NCBI GenBank assembly: GCA_944366945.1
Contig: CALVWJ010000001.1
Coordinates: 1-64,000, forward strand
DNA length: 64,000 nucleotides
Direction: 5' to 3'
From: an uncultured Clostridia bacterium
GTDB taxonomy: Bacteria; Bacillota; Clostridia; Christensenellales; CAG-138
Below the pieces are notes generated by a model that was not told the DNA's origin, made no database searches, and worked only from the letters and a program-made list of their open reading frames with translations. Below, in pieces: positions 9,084 through 21,800 of the stretch (positions are counted from its first letter, which is position 1; the number at the start of each line of letters is the position of its first letter). Made by a program: the position numbers and the translations under genes.

Positions 9084-9632
9084 TTATAGGTCAAGCGCCT
9101 TAAGCAGGCGCTCTGCATTTTGGTGCAGCACGCTGGAAGAATATGCGAGCAGCATGATTTCAAGCACATTGATAAGGCGCACTTTTGCGCCGGCGTAAGG
9201 CTCGGCATAATCTGCAAGCGATGCTTCTACAGCTGTGCGCAATGCGCTTCGTGTTGGTACACCTGTGCCAAGGGCGCCAAGTGCGTCTGTAAAATGGTTG
9301 TACAGCAGGGTATCCCCCATTGCATGCTCATCCATGTGCGCACGCGCATGCGCAATGAGCGCAATGATGCTTTCAATCTGCAAAGAATCCTTGAGCGCAT
9401 TGATGATAAGCAAGCGCGAAAGCTGATCACGTGCATACCGCTTTCCGCGGGGCGGTGGCACAAACCCGCGCTTTACCCAATTTTGGATGGTGTGCGGGGC
9501 AAGACCGGTGATTTCTGCAACCTGTGAAAGCACGAGCCCGCCCGGGATAAACATCGGCGCAAGCAGGCGATCCGCAACACCAGGGTGTGAAAGCTCCACT
9601 TCGATCGTGGAACCAGGCAAAAGACCGATCAT
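9084..9632 (-). CDS. DUF1836 domain protein (MerR-like HTH family)
   Basis: Motif HTIQNWVKRGFVPPPRGKRYARDQLSRLLIINALK matches the DUF1836 signature as I recall it. GGTGAGGAGG RBS before the ATG at 9632. First gene of a DUF1836-nfeD-floT operon. Confidence 0.55.
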   Translation of the reverse strand: MIGLLPGSTIEVELSHPGVADRLLAPMFIPGGLVLSQVAEITGLAPHTIQNWVKRGFVPPPRGKRYARDQLSRLLIINALKDSLQIESIIALIAHARAHMDEHAMGDTLLYNHFTDALGALGTGVPTRSALRTAVEASLADYAEPYAGAKVRLINVLEIMLLAYSSSVLHQNAERLLKALDL

Positions 9633-9796
9633 GGAAACCTCCTCACCTTGTTTGTGCATAGTATAACATATGGTCATGTGACTGTCAATCGCGTTCAAGA
9701 TTATGCAATAGGATTGGCACGGACGGGAAAATTGCAGAATCAATGCGCAGCAATCGAATTTCGCGCTGCGCATTTGTTTAATTCGGTGCTGTTTTG

Positions 9797-10206
9797 TTAT
9801 TGGGCCAACGTATGCTCTGTGGCACGGGCAGCTCGAAATGCCTTAACAATCTGCATGGGCATGGCGATAGAGCCGATCCAGTAAGAAAGAAAAAGCTTGA
9901 TTCCAAAATAAATGAGCCACCCAATGATGGGGAGAAACAGGAACATACGCGGCTGTATGCTGCTAAGTGCGCGCCAGCCGCACGGCGTTCCGGCAACGAG
10001 CAGCGCAACGAAAAACGGGGCGCCGGGAGCGGAGAGGCAAAGAACGAAAACGATGGCAAAAATGGCGATGCTGCGGATGAACAATGGACGTTTTCCGACT
10101 TGACCTTTTCCGCATATGCCGCAATGCAGTTGCGGCACAAATTGCCGCCGGGTGCGCTTGCACAATCGTGGCAAAGCCCCCTTCCGCATTTGGCGCATTG
10201 GTTCAT
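9797..10206 (-). pseudogene. Zinc-ribbon + multi-TM membrane protein interrupted by a frameshift in an A4 run (or sequencing error)
   Basis: Frame A gives a clean N-terminal Cys4/Cys2 zinc ribbon MNQCAKCGRGLCHDCASAPGGNLCRNCIAAYAEKVKSEN and then becomes low-complexity. Frame B takes over at the tttt run (10091-10094) with a convincing 3-4 TM segment RPLFIRSIAIFAIVFVLCL...IGWLIYFGIKLFLSYWIGSIAM. Confidence 0.35.
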
Positions 10207-10287
10207 TGGGATGGAAATAGCAGTTCATAAATCTTCTTTGGGCTAATAACATATGAAGTTATTAAGTAGCGCCGCAGAAGGAACGAA

Positions 10288-10494
10288 ATGAATCAGAAGC
10301 GGCTCGTGATTGAACCGAAGCGGAAAGGGGATGGCGGATGCCGCACGTTTTCCATCCGAATCCGCAAGGAACTGGTTGCGCGGCTGGAAACGCTTTGCGC
10401 AGCAAGCGGCTATAGCAGGAACGAGCTGATCGGCCTATTGCTGGAATACGCTGCCGAAAACTGCGAAATTGCAGAGAATCCTCCAAACGCTTGA
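10288..10494 (+). CDS. Ribbon-helix-helix (CopG family) DNA-binding protein
   Basis: 68 aa. RTFSIRIRKELVARLETLCAASGYSRNELI is a typical RHH beta-strand plus helices. Confidence 0.55.
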   Translation: MNQKRLVIEPKRKGDGGCRTFSIRIRKELVARLETLCAASGYSRNELIGLLLEYAAENCEIAENPPNA

Positions 10495-10519
10495 CAAAAG
10501 GCGAAAACCCGCATAAACT
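10491..10519 (+). promoter_or_regulatory. Sigma-A-type promoter for the valS T-box leader
   Basis: TTGACA, 17-nt spacer, TAAACT. Confidence 0.4.
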
Positions 10520-10544
10520 AAAGCGTAATTGAACGATGTTTGCG

Positions 10545-10795
10545 TTGAAGAAGAGGAGTACGCGCTCCATCCTGCATCAGAGAGACGGCTTCACCGGCTG
10601 CAAGGGCTGTCGGCGGGCAGGCGCGGAAGGTCGCTTCGGAGCATTCCGGCTGAGCGGAGGTATTCGGGTAAGCTGGAACGGGCGCGCCGCGTTAAGGCGT
10701 ATTTGAGGTGGGGCAGCCATTGCGCGCCCAACAAAGGTGGTACCGCGAGCCATTCGTCCTTTGAGGCGAACGGCTCTTTTTATTTTCAGTAGGTT
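10545..10795 (+). promoter_or_regulatory. T-box riboswitch leader upstream of valS
   Basis: Conserved T-box sequence AAAGGTGGTACCGCG at 10733-10748 overlaps a terminator hairpin (gagccattcg...cgaacggctc) followed by tttttatttt. Stem-I-like AG/GA-rich region upstream. Confidence 0.7.
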
Positions 10796-10827
10796 GTGAA
10801 CCGAATAGAAACAGGAGGATTGAGCCA

Positions 10828-13464
<2,637 letters not shown>

Positions 13465-13609
13465 AGGCAATCGCGGCTTTTCGAGCACCTAAGGGATGGC
13501 GAACACTGCTTTTGCGGAAATTACGGGTGCGCGTAGCGGCTCTGCGCATGCTGTTTGGCATCGCTTGAACTGCAAGCTGGGCGCTGAAACAAAAAACATG
13601 CAATAGGTT

Positions 13610-13637
13610 GGGACGCCTGCCATGCGGTGGGCGTCCC
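13610..13637. terminator. Hairpin between convergent valS and crp-like gene, likely shared terminator
   Basis: gggacgcc...ggcgtccc stem. T-run on the minus-strand side, weaker on the plus side. Confidence 0.4.
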
Positions 13638-13647
13638 GCTTTGCGCG

Positions 13648-14334
13648 TTAATCCCGCGCAGGTTTCCCCCCAGCATAGAGACCTTTCCCACGGGCGCTTA
13701 GCGCTGCTGGATCGGCAATCCGGTAACGCCCACGCCCAGCGCGCTCGATAAGGCCTTGCGATGCAAGTTGCTCCAACGCGCGCAACAGGTGGCGGTAGCT
13801 CGTGCCGATTAAGTCTGCCGTTTCCGTGAGCGGTTCTGCAAATACGCCGGCGCGCGCCGTGGCGGCAATGTAGGCGCAAAGGCGCGTCTCAAGCGGATAA
13901 AGGATGATGTGGGAACAGTTGGCCGTGCTGTTCTTAAGCTTGCCTGCAAGCGCAGCCCCAACATAGTTTAAAAATGCAGGATTGGAGCGCAGCGCGTCCC
14001 GGTTGCGCGCAAGCGGGACGCCTGCGCATACAACATCGGTCATGGCGCGGATGCTTGTTTCGGCGGTGACGGTGCCGAGCATCAATTCCAAATCCCCAAT
14101 CAAGTCACCCGCTTGCGTGAAACAGAGCAGCAGCTCGCGCCCGTTTTCCGCAAGCACGCTTGCCTTTGCGCGCCCGGAAAGCACAAGCAGGAGATAGGGA
14201 AGCGGTTGGCCCGCCGTGCAGACCGCCTCACCCGGTGCAAAACGCAGCGCAACAGCGCCGAAAAGCGCATCCGAGAAGAGGCAGGCGCTGGCCATCCTTT
14301 GGCGTTGGAGTGCGGAAAGCGGAAATTGCTGCAT
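13648..14334 (-). CDS. Crp/Fnr family transcriptional regulator
   Basis: N-terminal cNMP-binding beta-roll and C-terminal HTH (TSYRHLLRALEQLASQGLIER). Confidence 0.75.
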   Translation of the reverse strand: MQQFPLSALQRQRMASACLFSDALFGAVALRFAPGEAVCTAGQPLPYLLLVLSGRAKASVLAENGRELLLCFTQAGDLIGDLELMLGTVTAETSIRAMTDVVCAGVPLARNRDALRSNPAFLNYVGAALAGKLKNSTANCSHIILYPLETRLCAYIAATARAGVFAEPLTETADLIGTSYRHLLRALEQLASQGLIERAGRGRYRIADPAALSARGKGLYAGGKPARD

Positions 14335-14427
14335 GGCTTGAATCCTCCTCCCTAGAATATGACATATGTCCTATTCATTGTCAAGCGGCTTGCCGTATCC
14401 TAATGGGCGGAAAAGGAGCACACGAAG

Positions 14428-15345
14428 ATGTATTATCTGATTTCATTCGTTACCGCAATGCTGGTGTCCGCAATGGTCGCAGTCAACGGAAATCTTTCCG
14501 CAGCCTATGGCACATACCTTTCCACAGTTATGATCCATTTGGTTGGCATTGTGCCGGCAACGGCGATTGCGCTTGCGCGCCGGGAGCGCCTTTTTGCTGT
14601 GCGCGGCATTCGCCCCGGCGTATTCCTGGGCGGCGCCATCGGCGTAATCACGGTTGTTTGCAACAATGCTGCCTACACCGGCGGGATCGGCGTTTGCGCA
14701 ATGGTTGCGCTGAGCCTCCTTGGGCAGACGGTCGCCTCCCTTTTTGTAGATCAGTTCGGCCTGTTCCACATGCCGGTGAAGCGCTTCAATGCTGCAAAGC
14801 TGCTCGGCCTTGCTTGCACGGCGGCAGGGATTGGGTGCATGCTGTATGGAGCGGAAACCTCGGTGCTGCCGGTGCTGCTTTCGTTTGTGATGGGGGTCAC
14901 GATTGTGCTTTCGCGCAGCGTGAACGCCATGCTCGCAGAAAAGACGAGCCTTTTTGTAAGCACATGGTATAATTACTCTGTGGGGCTTTCCGTGGCCCTC
15001 ATCGTATGGCTGCTTGCGGCGCTGTTTGGCAACACACCGCTGCTGCCCGGAGCAAACGTTGCGCCTCCGCCGCTTTGGGCATTTTTGGGCGGTTTCATGG
15101 GTGTGGTTACGGTGTCGGTGCAGAGCTTTGTCACGCCGCGCATGCCGGCGTTTCAGCTTACGCTGGTGCTCTTTATCGGCCAGGTATTCATGGGGCTTTT
15201 GCTCGATGCGTTTTCCGGCGCGGGCGGCTCTGTACAGGAATGGATTGGCGGCGTATGCGCCGTGGCGGGGCTTTCATTGAATGCATTATTGGATCAACGC
15301 GCACAAAGACGGTTGGCGCAAAAAACAGAAAACAATCCAAGTTGA
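14428..15345 (+). CDS. DMT superfamily transporter (DUF606/YdcZ-like, 10 TM)
   Basis: Highly hydrophobic 305-aa protein with an internal duplication pattern typical of the DMT/DUF606 family. Confidence 0.7.
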   Translation: MYYLISFVTAMLVSAMVAVNGNLSAAYGTYLSTVMIHLVGIVPATAIALARRERLFAVRGIRPGVFLGGAIGVITVVCNNAAYTGGIGVCAMVALSLLGQTVASLFVDQFGLFHMPVKRFNAAKLLGLACTAAGIGCMLYGAETSVLPVLLSFVMGVTIVLSRSVNAMLAEKTSLFVSTWYNYSVGLSVALIVWLLAALFGNTPLLPGANVAPPPLWAFLGGFMGVVTVSVQSFVTPRMPAFQLTLVLFIGQVFMGLLLDAFSGAGGSVQEWIGGVCAVAGLSLNALLDQRAQRRLAQKTENNPS

Positions 15346-15359
15346 AAGGGGTCAAAACC

Positions 15360-15689
15360 ATGCGGATCGATTTTTCCGAAATCAGCGAAACGGTGCTTTC
15401 CAAATTTAAGGGCGGCGAAAAGGAGATGCTTGCAAGGATGTATCTGGATGGAGAAAACCGCATCCTGCTGGGGCGGCTTGCACCAGGCGCTTCCATTGGA
15501 ACGCATGTACATGATACGAGCTGCGAAATTATCTATATCCTGCGTGGAACCGGGAAAGCGATGTGTGACGGCAGCCCGGAAACGCTTGCACCAGGCATAT
15601 GCCATTATTGCCCGAAAGGGCATTCCCACAGCCTTGTCAACGATGGCACGGAGGAACTCATGTTCTTTGCAGCAGTGCCACAACAGTAA
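15360..15689 (+). CDS. Cupin domain protein
   Basis: G(T)HVHD..EIIYILRGTG motif. Start at the ATG after GAAAGGGG. The upstream extension in the ORF track is rejected. Confidence 0.65.
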   Translation: MRIDFSEISETVLSKFKGGEKEMLARMYLDGENRILLGRLAPGASIGTHVHDTSCEIIYILRGTGKAMCDGSPETLAPGICHYCPKGHSHSLVNDGTEELMFFAAVPQQ

Positions 15690-15789
15690 AAACGTTTTCA
15701 TGAAAAAGCGAGTTGCTTTCCGCACGCATAAAGGCGCTTGCAAAGGGCGCAGTTGTTCATGTGGAAGTTGCAGCATTTGAAAAGCGCGC

Positions 15790-15828
15790 CACGCCGGCAG
15801 GAAGAAATGCCTGCCGGCGTGTTTTTTT
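15790..15828 (+). terminator. Rho-independent terminator after the cupin gene
   Basis: cgccggcagg-aagaaatg-cctgccggcg followed by tgtttttttgg. Confidence 0.65.
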
Positions 15829-15877
15829 GGAATTGCCCGGAAAGAATAGGGGGAGAGTTTTTAGGAGGGCATGTGGA

Positions 15878-18800
15878 TATGGCGGTAAACCGAGCGTTTT
15901 TTGGGCTTGTGGGCGCAACGCTGGAGGGAGAGCGGCTTGAAGAGCGCGCACGTGAATTGGCAGGCCGTGCCAGCGGGCGTGCCCGGCGCGCCCATTTTAC
16001 GGAGACGCTGCATCCAGGCGGCGACCGAAGGGCGATCCTTTCGGACTATAAGCGCCTTCTAGCCTGCGCCCGCGCTGGGGTAGAACTATCGCCTGCGGCA
16101 GAAACGCTGCTGGATTCCTTTTATGTTGTGGAAAAAAGCCTTATCGTGCTCATAAACGCAAGCGAGCAGCTGCGGGATCAAGCGCTGCCCGTAAACCGCG
16201 AAGGGGAGCATTTGGGCATCCCGCGGGCCTATTCGGCAGCTGTGGGCCTTGTAGGGCATCATAACGCACGCATAGAGGATGCTTCACTCGCGCGGTATTT
16301 GGCTGCCTATCAGCAGATAAGCCCTCTGTCCATGTGTGAACTTTGTGCCTTTCCGGCCATGCTCCGGCTTTGCGTGGTGCGCGCGGTGCGGCTGATGAGC
16401 ACGGCTGCCGCACATCGGGCAGAAGAGCATCTGCGCGCGAAGGAACTCGCAGATGTGCTCTGCCGCGTTGCCTGGGATGAAAAGCGGGTGGATGCAATCC
16501 TTGCGCGCGCTGGATTGCATGGACGCCCAGCCTGCGTGGAACGGCTGGCGTCGCTTTTGCAGGAACGGGATGCGTATCGCTTGATCGAACGCATGAACGC
16601 AGCGCTGCGCATGGCGGATGTGGATGCGGATACTCTTATTGGAAAAGACCGCAAAATTCAAACGCAGAATGCCATGCGCATGCAAAACGCGATTGCAAGC
16701 TTGCGCTTTCTTGATGCGCTTGATTTTCGGGATTTCTTTGAGCGGTTCAGCGCTGTGGAAGCGGCGCTGCGCGAGGACGCGGTTTACCCGCAGATGGATG
16801 CAGAAACGCGGGCGTATTATCGCGCCTGCGTGGAACGGTGCGCAGAGCAGCTTGCGGTGGCGGAAACGGTGGTTGCAAAAACGGCCGTGCGCCTTGCGCA
16901 GGAAGGGGAAGGCAGGCTGGCGCATGTGGGCGCTTACCTGTTTGAAGAAGGCGAGCCGCTGCTCTGGGCGGCACTGCGCCCGGACCGGCGGCATGTTCGC
17001 TGGACGGAAAACCGTAAACTGGCGCTTTTTGTTGTGGGAGAAGGCGTGCTCGCTGCGGCGCTTATCGCACTTGCTGCTACAGGTGGGATCGTGCCATTCC
17101 TTCTCGCGTTTCTCCCATCTTGGAGCCTTGGCCGCTTTCTTGCGGTGCGTATTGCCATGCTGGGACGCAAAGCAAAACGCATTCCGCGCATGGATTTTGC
17201 GGGGGGCGTGCCGGATACAGCGCGCACGCTCGTCGCCGTACCAACGCTGATCCTTTCCGAAGAGGGAATCGCCGCTTCGCTTGCACAGCTCGAAACGCAC
17301 TATCTGGCGAATCCGCTTGCCAATTGCTGCTTTGCGGTTTTAGGCGATTTTAAGGACGGCCCGGAGGAATGGCGCGATGGGGAGCGAGAGCTGCTCCAAA
17401 AGGCCAAGGAGCAGGTTGATGCGCTCAACGCACGGTATGCAAATGGCGGCGCGCCTATCTTTTATTTTTTGCACCGCAGGCGGGAGCTTTCCCGCTTTGA
17501 CGGCGTTTATATGGGGCGGGAGCGCAAACGTGGTGCGCTGTGTGACTTGGTTGAACTGCTTATGGCAGGGGATGCGGAACCCTTTGCGCTCATCAGCGCT
17601 CCGTTGCCGCAGGATATCCACTATTGCCTTACGCTGGATGCGGATACCCTTCTGCCGCCCGGGGCGTTGGCCAAATGCATCGGTGCGATCGCACATCCGC
17701 TGAACAGACCGGTTTCAGACCAAAATGGCGTGGTACGGCTGGGGCATGGTGTGATCGCTCCGCGCATGCGGCAAACGCTTTCTTCGGCTGCAAAAACGCC
17801 ATTTGCACGGCTCATGAGCGGAGAAAGCGGCGTAGATCTTTATGCGTCGGTTGCCAGCGAATTCTATCAAGACGTGTTTGGAACCGGGAATTTTGGCGGC
17901 AAAGGGATTTTCGATGTGGCTGCATTCCGGGCTGCACTATTGAACTGGATCCCGGAGAATACCGTTTTAAGCCATGACCTGCTGGAAGGTTGCTTCCTGC
18001 GGGCGGGATTCCTTGGGGATGTGGCGCTCTATGATGGAGAACCTTCTACGTTTGCCGCATGGTGGAAACGGCAACACCGCTGGATGCGCGGGGACTGGCA
18101 GCTCTTACCCTTCCTTTTGCCGCATCTGCGCGATGCGGCCGCAGGCCCCCATAAGACCCCGCTTTCCCTGCTTTCCCGCGTAAAGATGCTCGATAATCTG
18201 CGCCGCACCTTGCTTGCGCCATCCGTGCTTCTTCTGCTGCTTTTCATGCCGTATTTCGGTGCAGGCGCATATATCTGGATCGGGATTGTTGCGCTGTGGG
18301 ATGGCTTATTATGGGATATGTTTGCGCTGCTTGGATCCTTCTTTTTGAATGGATTTCGGGCACGAGGCGGCTGGGGTGCCCTGCGAGATCGCGGAGAAGC
18401 GGCACTGCGCGCACTCCTTGAGTTCGTGACACTTCCCTTCGCTGCATACAGGAATTGCGATGCTATCATCCGCTCCCTTTGGCGCGTGCTCATCTCGCAT
18501 CGCAATATGCTGGAATGGCAGACGGCTGCGGAAGCCTCAAAGAAAGGAAAAACGGAAGGCCTACTGAACACATGCAGGCTGCTTTGGCCCTGCCTTACAG
18601 CAGGCGGGCTGATGACGCTCAGCATTTTTATGGGGCGTATGCCTTTGGCGAGCGCGGTTTTGGCACTGCTGTTTTTTGCTGCGCCTGCGCTCGTGCTGCG
18701 CCTGGATCGCCCGTGCGCAGAGGAGGCGCTTGCCCCGGCCGTGCGCGCAGCCATTGCGGAATGGGCTGCGCGCACCTGGAACTACTTTGAAACCTTCTGC

Positions 18801-21800
18801 AAGGAGGAGCAGGGATTCCTGCCGCCGGATAATTTTCAAGAGGCCCCTCTAGGCGTTACGGTCGACAACACCTCTCCCACCAATATTGGTATGGCAATGC
18901 TTTCCACCGTGGCGGCACACCTGCTTGGACTGATCGATGTACAATGCCTCATTCTGCGCCTTGAACGCATGGCAGAGCGCATCGAGGATGCGGAAAAATG
19001 GAACGGCCATCTCTATAATTGGTATGCGTTGGAACCGTTTGTTCCGCTTGAACCGCGTTATGTTTCCACGGTGGACAGCGGTAACTTGGCCGCATGCCTG
19101 CTCGCATGCGAAAGCGCGCTTCTCTCATTTGGCACGAAGGAGGCAGAAACGCTGGCGGGCCGCCTGCGCGCACTTGCGGAGGGTATGGATTTCCGCGCAC
19201 TGTACGATCCGAAGAAAAAGCTATTCCACATTGGATTCGATTGCGTTTCCGGAACGCTTACGAAGTCCTGGTATGATCTGCTTGCCTCAGAAGCGCGCTT
19301 GACAAGCTTTACTGCGATCGCATTGCACCAGGTGGATGCGGAACACTGGCAAAACCTTTCCCGCCTGCTTGTGGATGCGGATGGCGGGAGAACGCTCATC
19401 TCCTGGAGCGGCACGATGTTTGAATATCTCATGCCCGCCCTCCTTACGGGGGTGGTGCCTGGGAGTCTTCTCGATGAAAGCTGCACGGCTGCAGTGCGCG
19501 CGCAGCGCGCGGCAGTGCCTGCAGGAACGCCGTGGGGCATTTCGGAATCGGGATACTATGCGTTTGACCGGGCGATGTTTTACCAATACCGCGCCTTTGG
19601 CGTGCGCGCAGTCGCGCTTTGCCCGGCGCGGGAACGGGAGCGCGTAATTGCACCATATGCTTCCATGCTTGCGCTCATGGCTGCCCCGCGGGCAGCAGTG
19701 GAAAACTTGATGCGCCTTGAGGCACTTGGAGCCCTGGGGAAATATGGATTTTATGAGGCTCTGGATTTTACGCCACAGCGCCTACGCGCAGAGGTGCCGT
19801 TTGAAACGGTGAAAAGCTACATGGCGCATCACCAAGGCATGAGCCTTTGCGCTGCGGCGAATGCCCTCACAGACGGCGCACTTGCAAAGTGCTTCCTCCG
19901 CGTGCCCGAAGTGCGCGCGATGAGCTTGTTGCTTGCGGAAAAACGGCCATCGCTTGCACTTACCATTCGTGCGTTCCGCAGTGCCAGCACAGGAGAGGAA
20001 AAACCGCTGCCACGCCGGGAAAGCAAGCCGCGCGTAGTCACGCGCCTGGGGGCTGTGCCGGAAACGCAGCTGCTCACAAATGGGCGCTATACCGTTTTTT
20101 TAACGGATCATGGCCTTTCTTACAGCCGCTGCGGCGAAACGCTGCTTACGCGATTCCGGCCAGATCCGTTGCGCGCGGATTCCGGCATCCATTTCCTCGT
20201 GCGGGATGGGGGGCAGGTCTGGTCCCTTGCGGGTGCGCCAGCTAATACGCAGGCAGATGCATACCGCGTAACGCTCGAGCCGTACAAGGTAACCTATGAG
20301 CGCAGGGATGGCAGCATTTCCTCGCGCCTTGCCGTCTGCGTATCTCCTCGCCATGACGGCGAGATACGACATCTGCTCCTTAAAAACGATGGCTTGGAAC
20401 CGCACGAGTTGGAAGTGGGCGCTTTTGCGGAGATTGCGCTTGCTACGCAGGAGGAAGACCTCGCCCATCCTGCGTTTGTGAAGCTTACCGTTGACGCGCA
20501 ATTGGAAGGAGATACGCTCCTTTTTACGCGCAGAGGGAAGAATGCCTGTTGGGCCTATGCGCGCCTTGCCGGCCCCGTAAAGCCCAAGTACGCGGTGGAT
20601 CGGCTTTCCTACCTGGGCCGTAACCGCACTTATGTGCAGGCTATGCAAACGCCTATGGTTACGCCGGAAACGGTTGCATCTCCCATCGAACCCGGGCTTT
20701 GCGCGCGTGCGAGCATCACCTTGAAGCCGGGGGAAAGCGCGGAATTTACGCTCCTTATCGGCATGGCGGAAAGCGAGAAAGCAGCGCTTTCGGAGGTAGA
20801 AGCCATGCAGGCTGAAGCGGGCGAAGCGTTTGACCTTGCCTGGGCACATGCAAACAGCGCCCTGCGTTTTCAAGGCATTGAACCTGGAAAGGCAGTGCTG
20901 TTTGAGCGTATTGCCGCACGGATCATTCTTGGCATTCCGCAGGGCCGCGCGCTTCCTGCCGGGCTATGCTTAGGCATCCCAGGGTTTTGGAAGCTTGGCA
21001 TTTCCGGAGATCTGCCTATCGTGCTGCTGCGCGTGGAACGGCATGCTTCCGTACGCATTGCAAAAACGCTGCTGGAACTGCATGCTTATTTACGCGCGCG
21101 CGGCGTTCGGTTCGACCTGGCATTGATTGGCGTCTATCCAAACGAATATGCGTGCGAGCTGCGCTTGCGCTTGCAGGACATGATCGAAGCCTGCGCAGGT
21201 GGAGAGGAGACCGTGCATCTTCTGCATGCCTATGCGCTGTCCGAAGCGGATCGCGCAACGCTTGAGACGCTTTGTCTCATCTGCGTAGATCCGAAAAAGA
21301 GTTTGGACCGCCAATTCCTTACGCCAGCTGCGCGGGAGATGCCAACACCTACCTTTACGCCGCGGCGGGAGGCACGCGGTGCATTTGCGCCCGAAGAGGA
21401 AAAACTACAGTTTTCAAATGGCTGTGGAGGATTTAATGCAGCGGGAGATGAATATGTGATCCGCCTTGCGCCGGGAGAAAGCACGCCGCTTCCCTGGGCA
21501 AACGTGCTTGCAAACGAGCGTTTTGGAACGCTTGTAACGGAAAGCGGGGGCGGATATACCTGGTGCGGGAATAGCCGGGAGCATAAGCTTACCCCGTGGG
21601 CAAACGATCCGGTACGTGATCCCAAAGGAGAAATCTTGTTGCTTTATGATTTGGATGACAGGACGGCGTGGACGCTCACGCAGGGGCCACTTTCGCGTGG
21701 TGCGCGCACGGAGACGCGCCACGGGTTCGGGTATACAAGTTTTGCTTCCGAAGCCGAGGAGCTTTCCGCAACGCTCCTGGTATTTGTGGATGCGGAGCAG

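Noticed and set aside
14160-15359. + strand ORFs 14160-14972 and 15006-15359 overlapping crp (antisense), the DMT transporter and the cupin upstream region
   Set aside because: They overlap better-supported genes. They have Arg/Cys/Gly-rich junk composition and no start signals. The cupin gene has its own start at 15360.
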